From Daphnia carinata (Eukaryota), in NCBI RefSeq assembly GCF_022539665.2, contig NC_081331.1, forward strand, positions 496,001 to 560,000: DNA of 64,000 nucleotides, written 5' to 3'. The translations under genes and the position numbers were made by a program. Under the pieces are notes generated by a model. It searched no databases, had not been told where the DNA came from, and was given only the letters and a program-made list of their open reading frames with translations. Of this stretch, positions 1 through 13,374 are shown in pieces; positions within the stretch are counted from its first letter, which is position 1; the number at the start of each line of letters is the position of its first letter.

Positions 1-3000
1 AGGATGGACGAACGTCTCGTTTTGGACGAAATCCATCCTCCATCAAAGCCCATTACATTGAAACTGATTCAGGATCCTCAGTACCGACGTTTCAAAACAA
101 CGGTGGACATGGATACCGCTTTGGATTTGTACAATACTCCGAGGTTGGTCTGTCCGCTGACCTTCAGATTTCCGTACTTTAACTCCTAATTTCATAGGAG
201 TGAAGCCTATGATGAAGACACTCGACGACGTATTAGCGCAGACAAATTCCGTTCGGCAATCGAGCAATTAAACGGCGCCAAATTTCACGAAATCGAGAGC
301 CACTTATCGTCGGCCGTCAATAACGTCCTGGCTACTATGCGTTACGAAAGGCTTCAATGGGATGGCCCACAATTGAAACAAGTTTCCGTCCAGCAGCCTT
401 TAGTTACACCGTATGATAATTCATTTTGTTTTGTATCATTTCAAATTAATTTGTACGTTACGTTCCAGGTACTTTTATCAAACGGCTTCGCACACTTTGG
501 CGGAAGAGGAGGCGAATATGTTCACTCCTGATGCGGCGCTCATTATGGCTCATAATGGCTGGGTAATGAACGACGATCCGTTGCGTAACTTTGCCGAACA
601 GAGCTCCAATGTCTACATCCGTCGTGAACTTATCGCATGGGGAGATAGCGTCAAACTGCGGTACAGAACTCGTTCAATTGTAGATTAGAGCTGATATCTT
701 TATACTGTTTTAATTACCGCTGTCTTACCGTTTTGATTAATAACTATTAACAATGTGGACAACAACAATCATTGCAGGTACGGAGAACGGCCGGAAGACT
801 CGCCGTACCTGTGGGAGCACATGCGCCAGTACACGGAGGAGACGGCCCGCGTCTTCCACGGCATACGTTTAGACAACTGTCATTCAACACCCATACATGT
901 AGCTCAATATTTGCTGGATGCAGCCAGGAAAGTGCGTCCTGATCTCTACGTTATCGCGGAACTGTTCACCAATTCCGATCGCACGGATAACATTTTTGTT
1001 AATCGATTGGGCATTTCGTCCTTGATCCGCGGTATTTAGAAATTAATTATCATGAATTTTGATTTGCTTATTCTTCATTTTTACATATAGAGGGAATGTC
1101 GGCAGGCAATAGTCATGAGCTCGGCCGGCTTATTCATCGATTTGGCGGTGATCCTGTAGGAGCTTTCATCCAGCCTTTGGCTCGCCCTCTGCAACCATCC
1201 ATTGCCCATGCCATTTTGTTGGATCAATCCCACGATAATCCTTCGCCTGTTCAGAAACGTTCCGTCTATGATTTACTGCCCACTGCAGCGCTTATCAGCA
1301 TGGCGTCGTGCGCCACTGGAAGCAACCGCGGCTATGATGAACTTGTTCCTCATCATGTAAAATAGAGTTTATTTCCCTTTTTTATGTGAAAAAAGCAATG
1401 CTGAATCTGATTTGAATTTAGATTCACGTGGTGAAGGAAAATCGGTTTTACGCATCCACGAGTGAATTGCCTGGACCTTCGAGTACGCTGGATTACGGCA
1501 TCATAAAGGCCAAACGAGCCCTCAATGACATGCACCTGAAACTCGGCACCTCAGGCTATTCGCAAGTCTATGTCGATCAAATGACGCCCGATGTTGTAGC
1601 CGTCACTCGCCATTGCCCGGTGACTCATCAATCCATTGTTTTAGTTGCCCACACGGCTTTCAACCATCCGAATGAAGGCACTGAACAAGGATATATTAAA
1701 CCGCTAGTCCTAGATGGATGCGTCGAAGAGGTGATTTTAGAAGCCCAAGTCGTCCATAAGAACCATAGGTCAGTTAATTGACTATTGACTTTAATATACG
1801 TGTTTAAATTGTGTTATATGATGATTTACAGTCAGGGAGGATCGCGTTATGTGGCGCCCAACGGTCATCAGCCGCATCCTAGCAGGATCAACGGTTGTGA
1901 TGACTACCAGTGTATCATTCGTCAAAACGTTAGGGTGGAGGAGGCGCATATGTTGAAAAAAATTAGCGATGCATCATCGGATTCGTCGGGCAAAACGGTC
2001 ATGCACTTCCAAAATTTCTTGCCTGGCTCCGTGTTAGCCATTAGAGTTAGTTTGACTTCGGAAGCACAATCAGCTGTTGTCCATCTTCGCAGCCTCCTCA
2101 CTGGCCTCGCTCTTCCAATCTCATCCTCGCCTACACCATCTCCAGTTGCTACAACTCCCAATCTGGACGAATTGCAACGAGCACTTAGTGCCATGAAATT
2201 GGTCGATTTGAATTTGGCGCTTTACCGCTGCCACGAAGAAGAAGTGGAAGATGGCCGTCCCGGTTCTTACGTAGTACCAGGTAGTGGACCAATCATTTAT
2301 TGCGGTCTTCAGGGCGTCATGTCACTCTTGAGTGATATTCGACCTAAAAACGACCTTGGCCATCCCTTGTGCGCCAATCTGAGGGAGGGTGATTGGCTGT
2401 CAGCCTACATCAGCAGCCGACTCATGCAACACACAGGGACAGCTGATTTAGGCCGTTGGTTGGAATCTGCCTTGGGTCCATTGAGCAAATTGCCACGATT
2501 CTTGGTCCCTTGTTATTTTGACGCCATCATTACTGGGACTTATCTAACTCTGCTGGAACGCTCGTGGTCTCTCATGTCAAAGTAAAACTATTCAAAGTAT
2601 GAACCTGTGAGTGAAAACGTATACAATCATTTTGTTTTGCTTTTTAGGTTTGTCAACGAAAGCTCCACTTTTGTGAAAGCTGTTGCAATGGGATCAGTTC
2701 AATTCGTTGGCTTAATGGGTAATGCACGATTGCCCGAATTATCGCCCTCTTTGGCTCCACCCATGCCCCTCGTCCGGGTAAGAAATGGCCAGCCGGAGCA
2801 AGCCTGTCCGACTATTTCAGCTGGTAATTTGAATTCTAAAAATGTTTTCTTCTACATTATAAAATTGTTCTTGTGTTTTTCACAGGTTTGCCCCACTTTT
2901 CAGTTGGTTATATGCGCAACTGGGGAAGAGACACGTTCATTTCTTTGCGTGGTCTTCTGTTGCTGACCGGTCGTTACCAAGAGGCACGTTACATCATTCT

Positions 3001-4467
3001 TGCCTTTGGAGGGTGTCTTCGCCACGGTTTGATTCCTAACTTACTGGATGGTGGTCCCAATGCCCGATTCAATTGTCGCGATGCTGTCTGGTGGTGGTTG
3101 CAATCCATTTGCGATTACTGCCGTTTGGCTCCTAGAGGCCACACGATCTTAGACGATGCCGTGAGCAGACTCTTCCCGGATGATGAATCACCTCCTATGC
3201 CACCTGGAACCAAAGTAAGGTTTTAATTCATTATTTAATAATTAAAAGAGTTAATGTTGTGGATATTTAATGGCAATAGAATCAACCGCTTTGCGATGTC
3301 ATGCAAGAGGCTCTGCAACGTCATTTCCAAGGCGTAGAGTTCCGTGAACGTAATGCCGGATTTGCAATTGATCGCGAAATGTTGGATGCTGGTTTCAATA
3401 ACAAGATCGGTGTCAACACGGAAAACGGTTTCGTTTTTGGTGGCACTGCTCAAAATTGTGGAACTTGGATGGACAAGATGGGATCTAGTGCCAAGGCCGG
3501 CAATAAAGGGGAACCAGCTACTCCACGAGATGGTTCAGCTGTTGAAATTGTTGGCTTATCACGTTCTGTTATTGGTTACTTATGGGAGTCTTTCACCGCT
3601 GGCACTTACCCATATGCTGGAGTCGAAAGACTCAACGAAGATGGCACGAAAACTCGTTGGACCTATGACGAATGGGCTCGTCAAATTGATCGAAACTTTG
3701 AACGATACTTTTGGATCAATGCTGAACCCGATTCGTCCATGGAACCGCACCCCGAGCTTATCAATCGTAGGGCCATTTACAAGGATTCCTATTTGGCATC
3801 AAAGCCATGGGCTGACTATCAGCTTAGACCCAACTTTGTTGTTGCTATGGCTGTGGTAGGCATCATCATTTACTGACATTTCCAATTTTTCTCGCATTAA
3901 AAAGGTTTTGCTTTTTTAGGCTCCTACAATGTTTACACCGTCGAGAGCTTGGCAAGCATTGCAAATGGCTCTCCAACACTTGCTAGGACCGTTGGGCATG
4001 GCAACTTTGGACAGTTCAGATTGGTCTTACCGACCAAATTATTGCAACTCCGATGAAAGTGATGATCCGAGCACGGCCCACGGTTTCAATTACCATCAAG
4101 GACCCGAATGGCTTTGGCCAGTCGGATTCTTGCTCCAGGCTATGCTGTACTTTGCTCCATTGGTCGGTGGAGTATCTGAACTCAGGAAAACCATCCGAAA
4201 AGTGAAATCGATCTTATCGCGCCACTTCGTGGAAATTCAACAGTCCCCGTGGCGCTCATTGCCCGAACTTACCAACCAGAATGGTAAAGTCTGTCCTGAT
4301 TCAAGTCCAGCTCAAGCTTGGTCCATGGCCACAATTCTCGAGGTAATGTAGTAATAATTTGTCATTGTCTTATAATTTTAATTGGTTTTCATGTTTTTTC
4401 CTTTTAGGTTTTGTATGAGCTTGACAACATCGAACATAAACAGAACATGAACATCAACAAGTTGTGA
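1..4467 (+). CDS. AGL: Glycogen debranching enzyme, multi-exon, 5' part outside the window
   Basis: Exons encode [80 protein letters not shown] and QAWSMA. The last exon 4408-4467 reads VLYELDN...KL*. Confidence 0.96.
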
Positions 4468-4973
4468 GTCGAGAGCTGTTACTGAATTCTTCATTGTTTG
4501 GGATCTTTTAGACGCTTTTTGAAATTTAATCACATGAAGTCCTATATAAGGGGAAAAGGGAGAAAGTAGTTGTTTTGAAATGTCATTTCCCACCTTCAGC
4601 CGCACACCCGTGTACTTTTAGCCGTCTTCTACTTAGGCGCATCTACTTTTCTTCAACAGTTTATTAAAACATCTTATGTCGTTTTTATCGCGTTTGTTAT
4701 CAACATAGTGGAGAATTCTATTATGCCACTGTCTGGCAGCTATATTGTAATATGTAGAAAAATACACATCTTTGTGCCGGCTTATTCTTCTGGTCATTTT
4801 TAGATCATGTTATTGTTATTTTTAGTATATCTTTCGCCATTTCATCGTTAGATGGCGCTGAAGCCCATCTAGTTCTTTTGGTTGCCGAGTGGGTTGTTTG
4901 AATAAATTCGTCTGTAACGCTATTTGTTTCTCAGCTGCCCGCGCTATTGCAACTGCAGAAACGATTTAAAAAT

Positions 4974-7900
4974 ATGGCTAGTTGCCTCAAAGAAAATTTA
5001 ACTGGTTACTCATTTCTCGGATTACGAGAAGTAGTTCCTGATCAAACAGGCGTGGAACAATGGAAGGAACTTTCACTGAATACGGGTAATATAAGTAGAC
5101 TTGATGAGCCATACCGGCTACAGTTCTTTCTTCCTCAACCAAAACGGTGTCATTTTTATGTACTCACGTTTCTGTTTTTTTTTTTACAAGGCGGAACTCA
5201 CTTGACGCTTCAAGATATTAAGCTACCTGAAGGATGCATATCAGGAGGATATTGTTTTACCGATTCTTCTTCAGTTGTCACACGTAACCGTTTCATATGC
5301 TGGTAAAAACTTAATTATTTGTGAATTTTCTTTAATAACTTAAAGCTAGAGAAAAACCCTATGGCAGACTTTAATGTATTTTTAAATAGGCAAATTAATA
5401 ATGATGTCCTGGAATTAGTTGAGCACAGCTTAGATTTAAACCTTCATGGAAACTGTCTACGCATTAGATTTCAAGGATTAGCGATCCTAGAGGGAACATC
5501 CATACATGAAACTAGAAACAGTGTTGTCATCTTGGTCTCAACTATATCTTCAGTTCATCGTCTGGTTCTGCCACATCCATCAAAACATAATGATCCATCA
5601 GCATTCAGTTCAACTGGAACCAATATATCTGTCCCCTCTATTTTCACTGAAGCTTCGCTCCCATGGTTGAGAGAATCTTTCAGTCACCAGGTCATCAATA
5701 GCACCACTACAAATGTTTCCCTTCCCAGCACAGCAGCATCCTGTTTATCCACCAATGGAAAAGAAGCTTTGTTTGCTTTGGCAAACACTACGTCAATATC
5801 TCTTATTCGCATGGGTCAGACACCCTCTGCTGTGAGTACTTTTAATTTGCAGCCATCATCGAATTTTTCTCGTTTGCTCTCCGGCTACCTACCAACTGTA
5901 TTACGAGGCACTTCAACGCAAGAAAACGAAGAAACCACGACTAGCATTTGCTTATTGCCAACCAACGATGACGTTCTCGTATTGGCCATAAGCAAAGGCT
6001 TGAAGTTGCGTATTTGGTCAGCGACAACACAAGATTGCCGATTGGAATTTGACCTGATTGAGTACCTTGGTGAGAAGTCAGTTAAACAGCTTGGCTCTCT
6101 TCACCGCATTCGATGGTGCACGGAAGGCGAAAATTTCACACTGGGAGTCTTCTCTTCCTTTGGCAAAAAGCGATCCTTTCTACTTATCAATCTGCAAACG
6201 GGCCCTACACTCAAATTAAATTTCCAGTCCTCCATCGCGGCACAGCACAGTCGTTTGATTGATTTTAGCCTTACTTCTGATCATCTTTATGCGTTATGGA
6301 GTACTTCTCAAGGAGAACATCTGTTGGAATTTGCCGAAACGACTCGATTACAGTGGCAACAAATCGCCTTGGAGCCGGGGATTGAATCAGACATTGAGTA
6401 CGACGATACCGTTGTTGATCCGAAACAAGCCTACATGCAGGCACTTTTTAAGCCTGGCGCATTCTCTGTTTCTACATTGAGCAAAGCTCTACAAGCTTTT
6501 GATCGTTCCGGGGCAATCAAAAGAAGGAGAATGGGAGACATCAAAGAAGATATCATTATGGCCATCGAGACGGAGTTGACCGATCAATTAGCAGAGGCAG
6601 GTGATCTGACGGAAGAAGACTACCTGCAACTCGCAGCCAAATGTTGGGCTCAGTTCTATGCCTATGTTGTGCAATACCATTTGAAACGACCCGTTCCCAT
6701 CGGCTTGTTGATTGATGAAAACACAGGCTTCCACGCTCTTCTTAAAAAAGGGATGATTTCGTTTCTGCGCCCCTTAGATCTCGTAGAGAGTTTGGTTTTA
6801 CAGCGAGGCCTTCGTTGGGATGGGCATCCACATATAGACGTCATTTCTCCGCTCTTTGGAGGCCAACAATCAGCTTCTGGCCTTACTGCCCTACTTGAGG
6901 TAAAAATCACAGTTTTAGCTTACTTCGTGATGGTGTATAACAGTTGCATTATTGCAGGTCCTGCTTCTCGTCAGCGATAATTTGTTGACAGAACAAATAA
7001 AGCGATTTGACCATTCCATGTTCCAGTTACAAAGCGCTGATCAAATTGCTCGGGAAATAGCTAATGAACTCCTCGAGAACAAATCGCTCAACTTACTAAA
7101 CGCCATGCACATCGCATTGTCATCCATCGATGTTTGCATGGCTTTGTCTGTCCTCTTGCAACAGCTCAGTGTCGGCATGAATGGAGGCAATTCGAAATCA
7201 AGTGACATTTTCTTAAGCGGCAAAAGTTCTCTTCGGTTGCTATTCAATGGAGCACTTGGATTAGGCGCATTAGCCGAATCGTCCAGACAGATGGCTGACT
7301 TGAGGTGGGCATCTGTCCTTAATTGTCACATATGGCACACGAGACGCTTCTTCATTTGATATAATTCTTTTGCTTTTCGTGTAAAGGTTGGGCTTGTGTC
7401 GAGATGTACTGATCGTGCAGCAATTACTGATATTGACCCAGGAAGAACTCCAACTTAGTTCCGAGGATGCAGAAACGATCCGCTCTGAATTCCTTCCTCG
7501 CAGCGTCCCTCTCGCTCACGCTTACTACGCTTTGTCGTGGTTGTGTCACTGTCCTGCCCAAACAGTTTCGAATTCTCTCGTTGAACAAAATATTCGTGCA
7601 ATGACTCTGTTAGGATTTAAAAAATCGCAAGAGTCATATGGTAAGGAAAGAATCTGTGCCATTCCACACATCAGTATAAATAATATTACTTATTTTTTTA
7701 GCGACTTTACCATGCAAGAGTTTGGTCGAATTATTTCTTTCTTCCGATGGAGGCAGGGCTGTCCGAGAAATGGTTCTTCAGGAAGAAGATGCCTCAGAAT
7801 GGACATCGTCTTGGCTGGAAGTTTTCCCCCACTTCATGAAAGCTATCGGCCAGTTGCTATGGCCCATAGGAAATCATGTAACATTCATGGAATTTCTAAT

Positions 7901-9881
7901 GGAACGATTCCAGCCCTTGGCCGTACAGGGATATGTTCGCTTGCAACAGAGCTGGTTTGTAAAAATTCTATCCAATGGACATCACTTGAGATTTTTTAAG
8001 TATTTACTTGAAATTTCTTTAAGGTGTGAATGGAATACTTGCTCCCGTAAATTCCTCATGGCCGTCGCCCTGATGGCTACTGGTGAAGGAGACAAGGCCA
8101 GTCGATGGATGCTTGAGGCTGCTGAAGGAATAGTCAAGGAACAACTCCTGCGCTCCGTTGTTTTAAAAAGCGTGGATGAAAGTGGCGATTCCATGAGTCG
8201 CTCAGACCCAGTGATTCGCTTTCACCTCGTCTGCGTCCAGTTGCTAGAGCAAGCTGGGCTGAGCAGTGCCGCACTTCGTGTTGCACTGGTTGCGTTAAAC
8301 GGTAGCAAAAAGGAAGACCCGCTGTTAGCTACAATATGGTCTGTTGTCGCCAAACTTCATTTGAACTTGGGTCATTATCAGGTATAAGAGAACATCTTAC
8401 AACCAAATGACATTGTACCTAAACCATATTTCAACAGGAAGCATATGAAGCCATTGTTAATAATCCGGATAGCAGTCAACGGCCCGAAACACTTGGACGT
8501 TTGGTCAATATTTTGTTAGAGCGCAAACAGATGGACACTCTTCTAACCTTTCCTTACGCTGGATTGGAGTCAGAGTTGGAGAAAATAGTAGAAAGGCGGG
8601 CTCGATCATCGGACGTTCTGTCTATGACGCTTTACTATTCGTTCCTCTATGCCTTTCACGTCAGACAGGGTAAAATGCGCAAAGCTGCTGCTGTGATGCA
8701 TGAACAGGTGAAGTGCACTATCGAGAAACAGCTTTTGGTTATGAAAACTAATATCCTCTGATGACAGGCACTTCGATATGGATGTGAAGGTGAATCTGCA
8801 AAAATGGTCAAATGTCTTTTGGCATGCCTCAACGCCCTGCGTTTAGTCTCGAGGCAGGAAGCTTGGCTGGTGAAACCAGTGACAGCTTCGTCTGTTCGGA
8901 AGAATTCATCAGAATCACTCAAGCATACAGTAGACGTCATCGAATATGCTGATATCGAAAAGGAGTATGAACTTAGCTACGCCTGTATTAATCTTGGACA
9001 GCCGATCACATCGCTATCCGCCTCTGATGTAGTAGCTCTTTTGATTTCACGTAACCGCTATGAATCCGCGCTGCGCATTGCCAAGATTTTTGACGTAAAA
9101 GGTATAAAATCTCACTGACTCCTTTCATGAGGCTTGATGTGTTTTTCTCAACAATCTAATCTTAACTAGATACTTCGCCCGTCGTGGAACACCTTGCTGC
9201 CAATTGCATGGCGTTATCGAGAGAACAGGCCAACGAAGATGATGCTTGGGTTTGGTTATCTCTGAATCAGTCCTCTGGAGTTGGTAAGGCTTCGGAACAG
9301 GCCTGGCGATTACTGGAAAAGATTATACCGAAAGCTGAAGGAGGTGATAAAGAAACACGTTGCCATCGAGCGGCTGCCCGAAAAATTCTTGGCTTGGATT
9401 GCACTCTGCCTTATTGGTTGGCCGCCAGCTACAAGTTGAGGAATCCCGGTGAACTTATCAGCCTCTATCATCAGGCAGGACTTCTGGAAGATGCAGCCCA
9501 GGTATTTTAGTTTCTGATTCTGTCAGTTTTAATTAAAAAAAATTACTTGACAAAATCTATCAGGTGGCTCTCGAACTGGTGGATGCTATGCTAGGCAAAG
9601 GTAAGGAATACTTTGGGTTCACCAGCAATCCGCTTCAGATCAACGCTCCTGCTATCTGGCTGCCCTACACCGTTATAGATCGTTTAATCATGGAATTGGA
9701 AGCCAATTCAAACGATTCTACCTACAAGATGGTAAATATTCTCTTTGTAACTTGTTTTTATAACCGCTTCAGTTCTTATTTGTATGTTTAGTTGCTGAAA
9801 GACATGAAGGATAAATTGGAGACTTACTTCCATACCGCTGAACGTGTCAGTCGCTCTATTCTCGAATTATCCGTGTCTTAG
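4974..9881 (+). CDS. NUP160: Nuclear pore complex protein Nup160 (intact copy)
   Basis: Motifs RNRFICWR, LELVEHSLDLNL, SVHRLVLPHP, KLRIWS, CEWNTCSRKFL, ARSSDVL..YYSFLYAFH, LPYWLAASYK and WLPYTVIDRL. GT-AG introns keep frame; ATG 4974, TAG 9879-9881. Confidence 0.92.
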
Positions 9882-10159
9882 CCTGCCTATTTTACGAAAA
9901 TGTGAACTCCGTATTTTCATTTTACTGCATAATGAAATATCGAGAATACCTTTGAATCCAATAAATTCATGTGTATGTGACTGGAATTGTAAACGCAATT
10001 ACACCAGTATATGCAGTTTAAAATCACAGAAAAGCCCTCACTGTGTTCAAGAAATTGACGGAAAAAACAGGTAATTATTAAATTTGCTGATATTAGTGTA
10101 AATTTTTTTTTGTTTAATAGATTTTTGTATGAGGAATCCAATATGAGGAATCCAACTTC

Positions 10160-10380
10160 TTAAATTTGGAACCTAAATCATGGATAGTATCTATATTTAG
10201 TGGTATTATTTTTTTAAAAGGAAAAGTCGGGCTTAAAATTTCCATCAGCCGTATACATTGATGTAGCGCTCCAGTACAACAGTGCTAGTGCAACACATCA
10301 AAGTTCCTCGATTTGTCTTAATTGATCAATAAATAGGGATAACTAGGCATGATTTAGATTCAAAATTTTACGAGAATCAA
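10160..10380. repeat. Fragment of the dispersed AT-rich repeat family also at 23.9-26.0 kb and 35.1-35.8 kb
   Basis: Reverse-complement similarity to ~24620-24840 (AAAAGTCGGGCTTAAAATTTCCATC; ATGATTTAGATTCAAAATT). Confidence 0.8.
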
Positions 10381-10404
10381 GACAATGGTTAAAGAATATG
10401 AAAA

Positions 10405-10495
10405 ATTTCAATAATGACGAGGAGGATTACCTTCTGTAGTCTCCTTGTGACGGCCATAGCTGTTCCGTTTACGTTTTTTGAACTTGCCTAAACGG
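10405..10495 (-). pseudogene. UBE2L3: Inverted orphan copy of UBE2L3 5' leader, exon 1 (MAVTRRLQK, 10457-10431) and start of intron 1
   Basis: Minus strand AAACGGAACAGCTATGGCCGTCACAAGGAGACTACAGAAG|GTAATCCTCCTCGTCATTATT closely matches 28809-28869. Confidence 0.9.
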
Positions 10496-10503
10496 AATTG
10501 CCT

Positions 10504-13374
10504 ACGGAAACCAAGTAGGGTGGGGTTCAATAAAAACAAATGAAACGCGAAACCCGCACAATTTACGGAATTTGACTGAATCAGAGTCATAGAGACCTGG
10601 TTGCTCCACGCTGTGCTATAAATTGCCATAAGAGTCTGCGGTGACTTGTGGTTGAAATTTCACTGATTTTGGGGGAGCAGCTGGCAGCGATAGAGAGCCA
10701 TCTATTGAATGGTCCGTGATCGAAGTTAATAACGGAGCTAGGTGATAAAGCAAGAAATTTTTTTAGTTGTTTACCAAAACATTTGAGTTTCTTTTTCTCG
10801 GCACGGAAAGATACAACTCGCTTCTGTATTCAAAATTTCACTTCACTACACCGACAAATTGAGCTAAAAGCTCGACAACCCATACGTATTTTGCTAACTA
10901 AAGATTCATCTCGAATGAGAAAAAAAAATGTCCATGCAAAATTCTGAATTAGTTGCCAACAAACAACGGGGCCAAAATATACAAAGAGTAATCGCATATG
11001 ACGGCAAACGACTCAAAAAATACATTGAAATTTTTGACAGAAATTACATTAAGGGACAAAAACCGAGAGCCGATAAATTAATTTTTGCTGAATTCATCTT
11101 GTTATTTGTTACAAACCGGAAAAAAGGAACGAGTGCAAGGGGGGGGACGAATAGGAAACGTCTTGGAATTTTTTTTTCTTTTCGTTTAAGAATAAAAGAT
11201 TGGATGAGGAGGGGGTACGAAAGGTGTGTTTATTCTCCTTCCCGACTCGAAAGTTAATATTTTCAGTCAATGTATTGAGCTAGCCAGCGGAAATCTTCGC
11301 CGTAGCCTTGGCCTTCCACAACAGAACACATGAATAATTCAATGGGCCGAGAAGATAAATCTTGGCGAAAGAAGATTGAAGATCTTGGATTTCTGCCCTA
11401 TAAACGGAAATTAAAATTTATCTTACGAGTACTTAAATAAGTTAAATTGAAAGGGATATTTTACTTTTCTGGTAGTGTTGTGCAGCTCAAAATAAGAACG
11501 CAATTGATCTTCCGAATCTGCTCCAAACCTATCGATCTTGTTGCCGAGTATAAGGATAGGACAATGTCTCAATTGTTCATCGGCTAAAAGCGAGCATAAC
11601 TCGTTTTCTTTCCAGCTGTAAAGTTTTTTCGCATAACAGATTCAGAGGAACTAGTGATTGGCAACATAAGGTTCACCACATTTGATTTGGGTGGCCATAT
11701 TCAAGGTGTGTAGCAAAATTTACGATATTCTTTTGAATATCTTAATATTAAATGATTTTTCAAATAGCAATTGCAATTGTGTTTCTAGTCGATGCCTTTG
11801 ACACCCAACGCTTATCGGAAAGTAAAAACGCGTTATGCTCGCTTTTAGCCGATATTAAGATATTCAAAAAAATGCTCGCTAAAAGCGAGCATAACTCGTT
11901 TTTGTCGATGCGGAACTAGTCGGCGGAACAAGTCGATGCCTTTGACACCCAACGCTTATCGGAAAGTAAAAACGAGTTATGCTCGCTTTTAGCGAGCATT
12001 TTTTTGAATATCTTAATATCGGCTAAAAGCGAGCATAACTCGTTTTTACTTTCCGATAAGCGTTGGGTGTCAAAGGCATCGACTAGAAACACAATTGCAA
12101 TTGCTATTTGAAAAATCATTTAATATTAAGATATTCAAAAGAATATCGTAAATTTTGCTACACACCTTGAATATGGCCACCCAAATCAAATGTGGTGAAC
12201 CTTATGTTGCCAATCACTAGTTCCTCTGAATCTGTTATGCGAAAAAACTTTACAGCTGGAAAGTAAAAACGAGTTATGCTCGCTTTTAGCCGATGAACAA
12301 TTGAGACATTGTCCTATCCTTATACTCGACAACAAGATCGATAGGTTTGGAGCAGATTCGGAAGATCAATTGCGTTCTTATTTTGAGCTGCACAACACTA
12401 CCAGAAAAGTAAAATATCCCTTTCAATTTAACTTATTTAAGTACTCGTAAGATAAATTTTAATTTCCGTTTATAGGGCAGAAAGCCAAGATCTTCAATCT
12501 TCTTTCGCCAAGAGTTATCTTCTCGGCCCATTGAATTATTCATGTGTTCTGTTGTGGAAGGCCAAGGCTACGGCGAAGATTTCCGCTGGCTAGCTCAATA
12601 CATTGACTGAAAATATTAACTTTCGAGTCGGGAAGGAGAATAAACACACCTTTCGTACCCCCTCCTCATCCAATCTTTTATTCTTAAACGAAAAGAAAAA
12701 AAAATTCCAAGACGTTTCCTATTCGTCCCCCCCCCCCCCTTGCACTCGTTCCTTTTTTCCGGTTTGTAACAAATAACAAGATGAATTCAGCAAAAATTAA
12801 TTTATCGGCTCTCGGTTTTTGTCCCTTAATGTAATTTCTGTCAAAAATTTCAATGTATTTTTTGAGTCGTTTGCCGTCATATGCGATTACTCTTTGTATA
12901 TTTTGGCCCCGTTGTTTGTTGGCAACTAATTCAGAATTTTGCATGGACATTTTTTTTTCTCATTCGAGATGAATCTTTAGTTAGCAAAATACGTATGGGT
13001 TGTCGAGCTTTTAGCTCAATTTGTCGGTGTAGTGAAGTGAAATTTTGAATACAGAAGCGAGTTGTATCTTTCCGTGCCGAGAAAAAGAAACTCAAATGTT
13101 TTGGTAAACAACTAAAAAAATTTCTTGCTTTATCACCTAGCTCCGTTATTAACTTCGATCACGGACCATTCAATAGATGGCTCTCTATCGCTGCCAGCTG
13201 CTCCCCCAAAATCAGTGAAATTTCAACCACAAGTCACCGCAGACTCTTATGGCAATTTATAGCACAGCGTGGAGCAACCAGGTCTCTATGACTCTGATTC
13301 AGTCAAATTCCGTAAATTGTGCGGGTTTCGCGTTTCATTTGTTTTTATTGAACCCCACCCTACTTGGTTTCCGT
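10504..13374. repeat. Long near-perfect inverted repeat: arms 10504-11903 and 11968-13374, 64 nt spacer
   Basis: The arms are reverse complements with about half a dozen differences. The same spurious ORF appears at 10928(+) and 12950(-). Confidence 0.97.

Noticed and set aside
3344..3859. 171-aa alternative-frame ORF within AGL
   Set aside because: Overlaps a well-supported AGL exon in another frame; no independent evidence.
9844..10074. ORF after NUP160 and its copy at 19134-19364
   Set aside because: Non-ATG start overlapping the last exon and 3' UTR; no coding features.
10928..11257. 109-aa ORF and its mirror at 12684-12950
   Set aside because: Antisense to the Sar1 3' UTR, duplicated only because of the palindrome, and the two copies differ by a frameshift.
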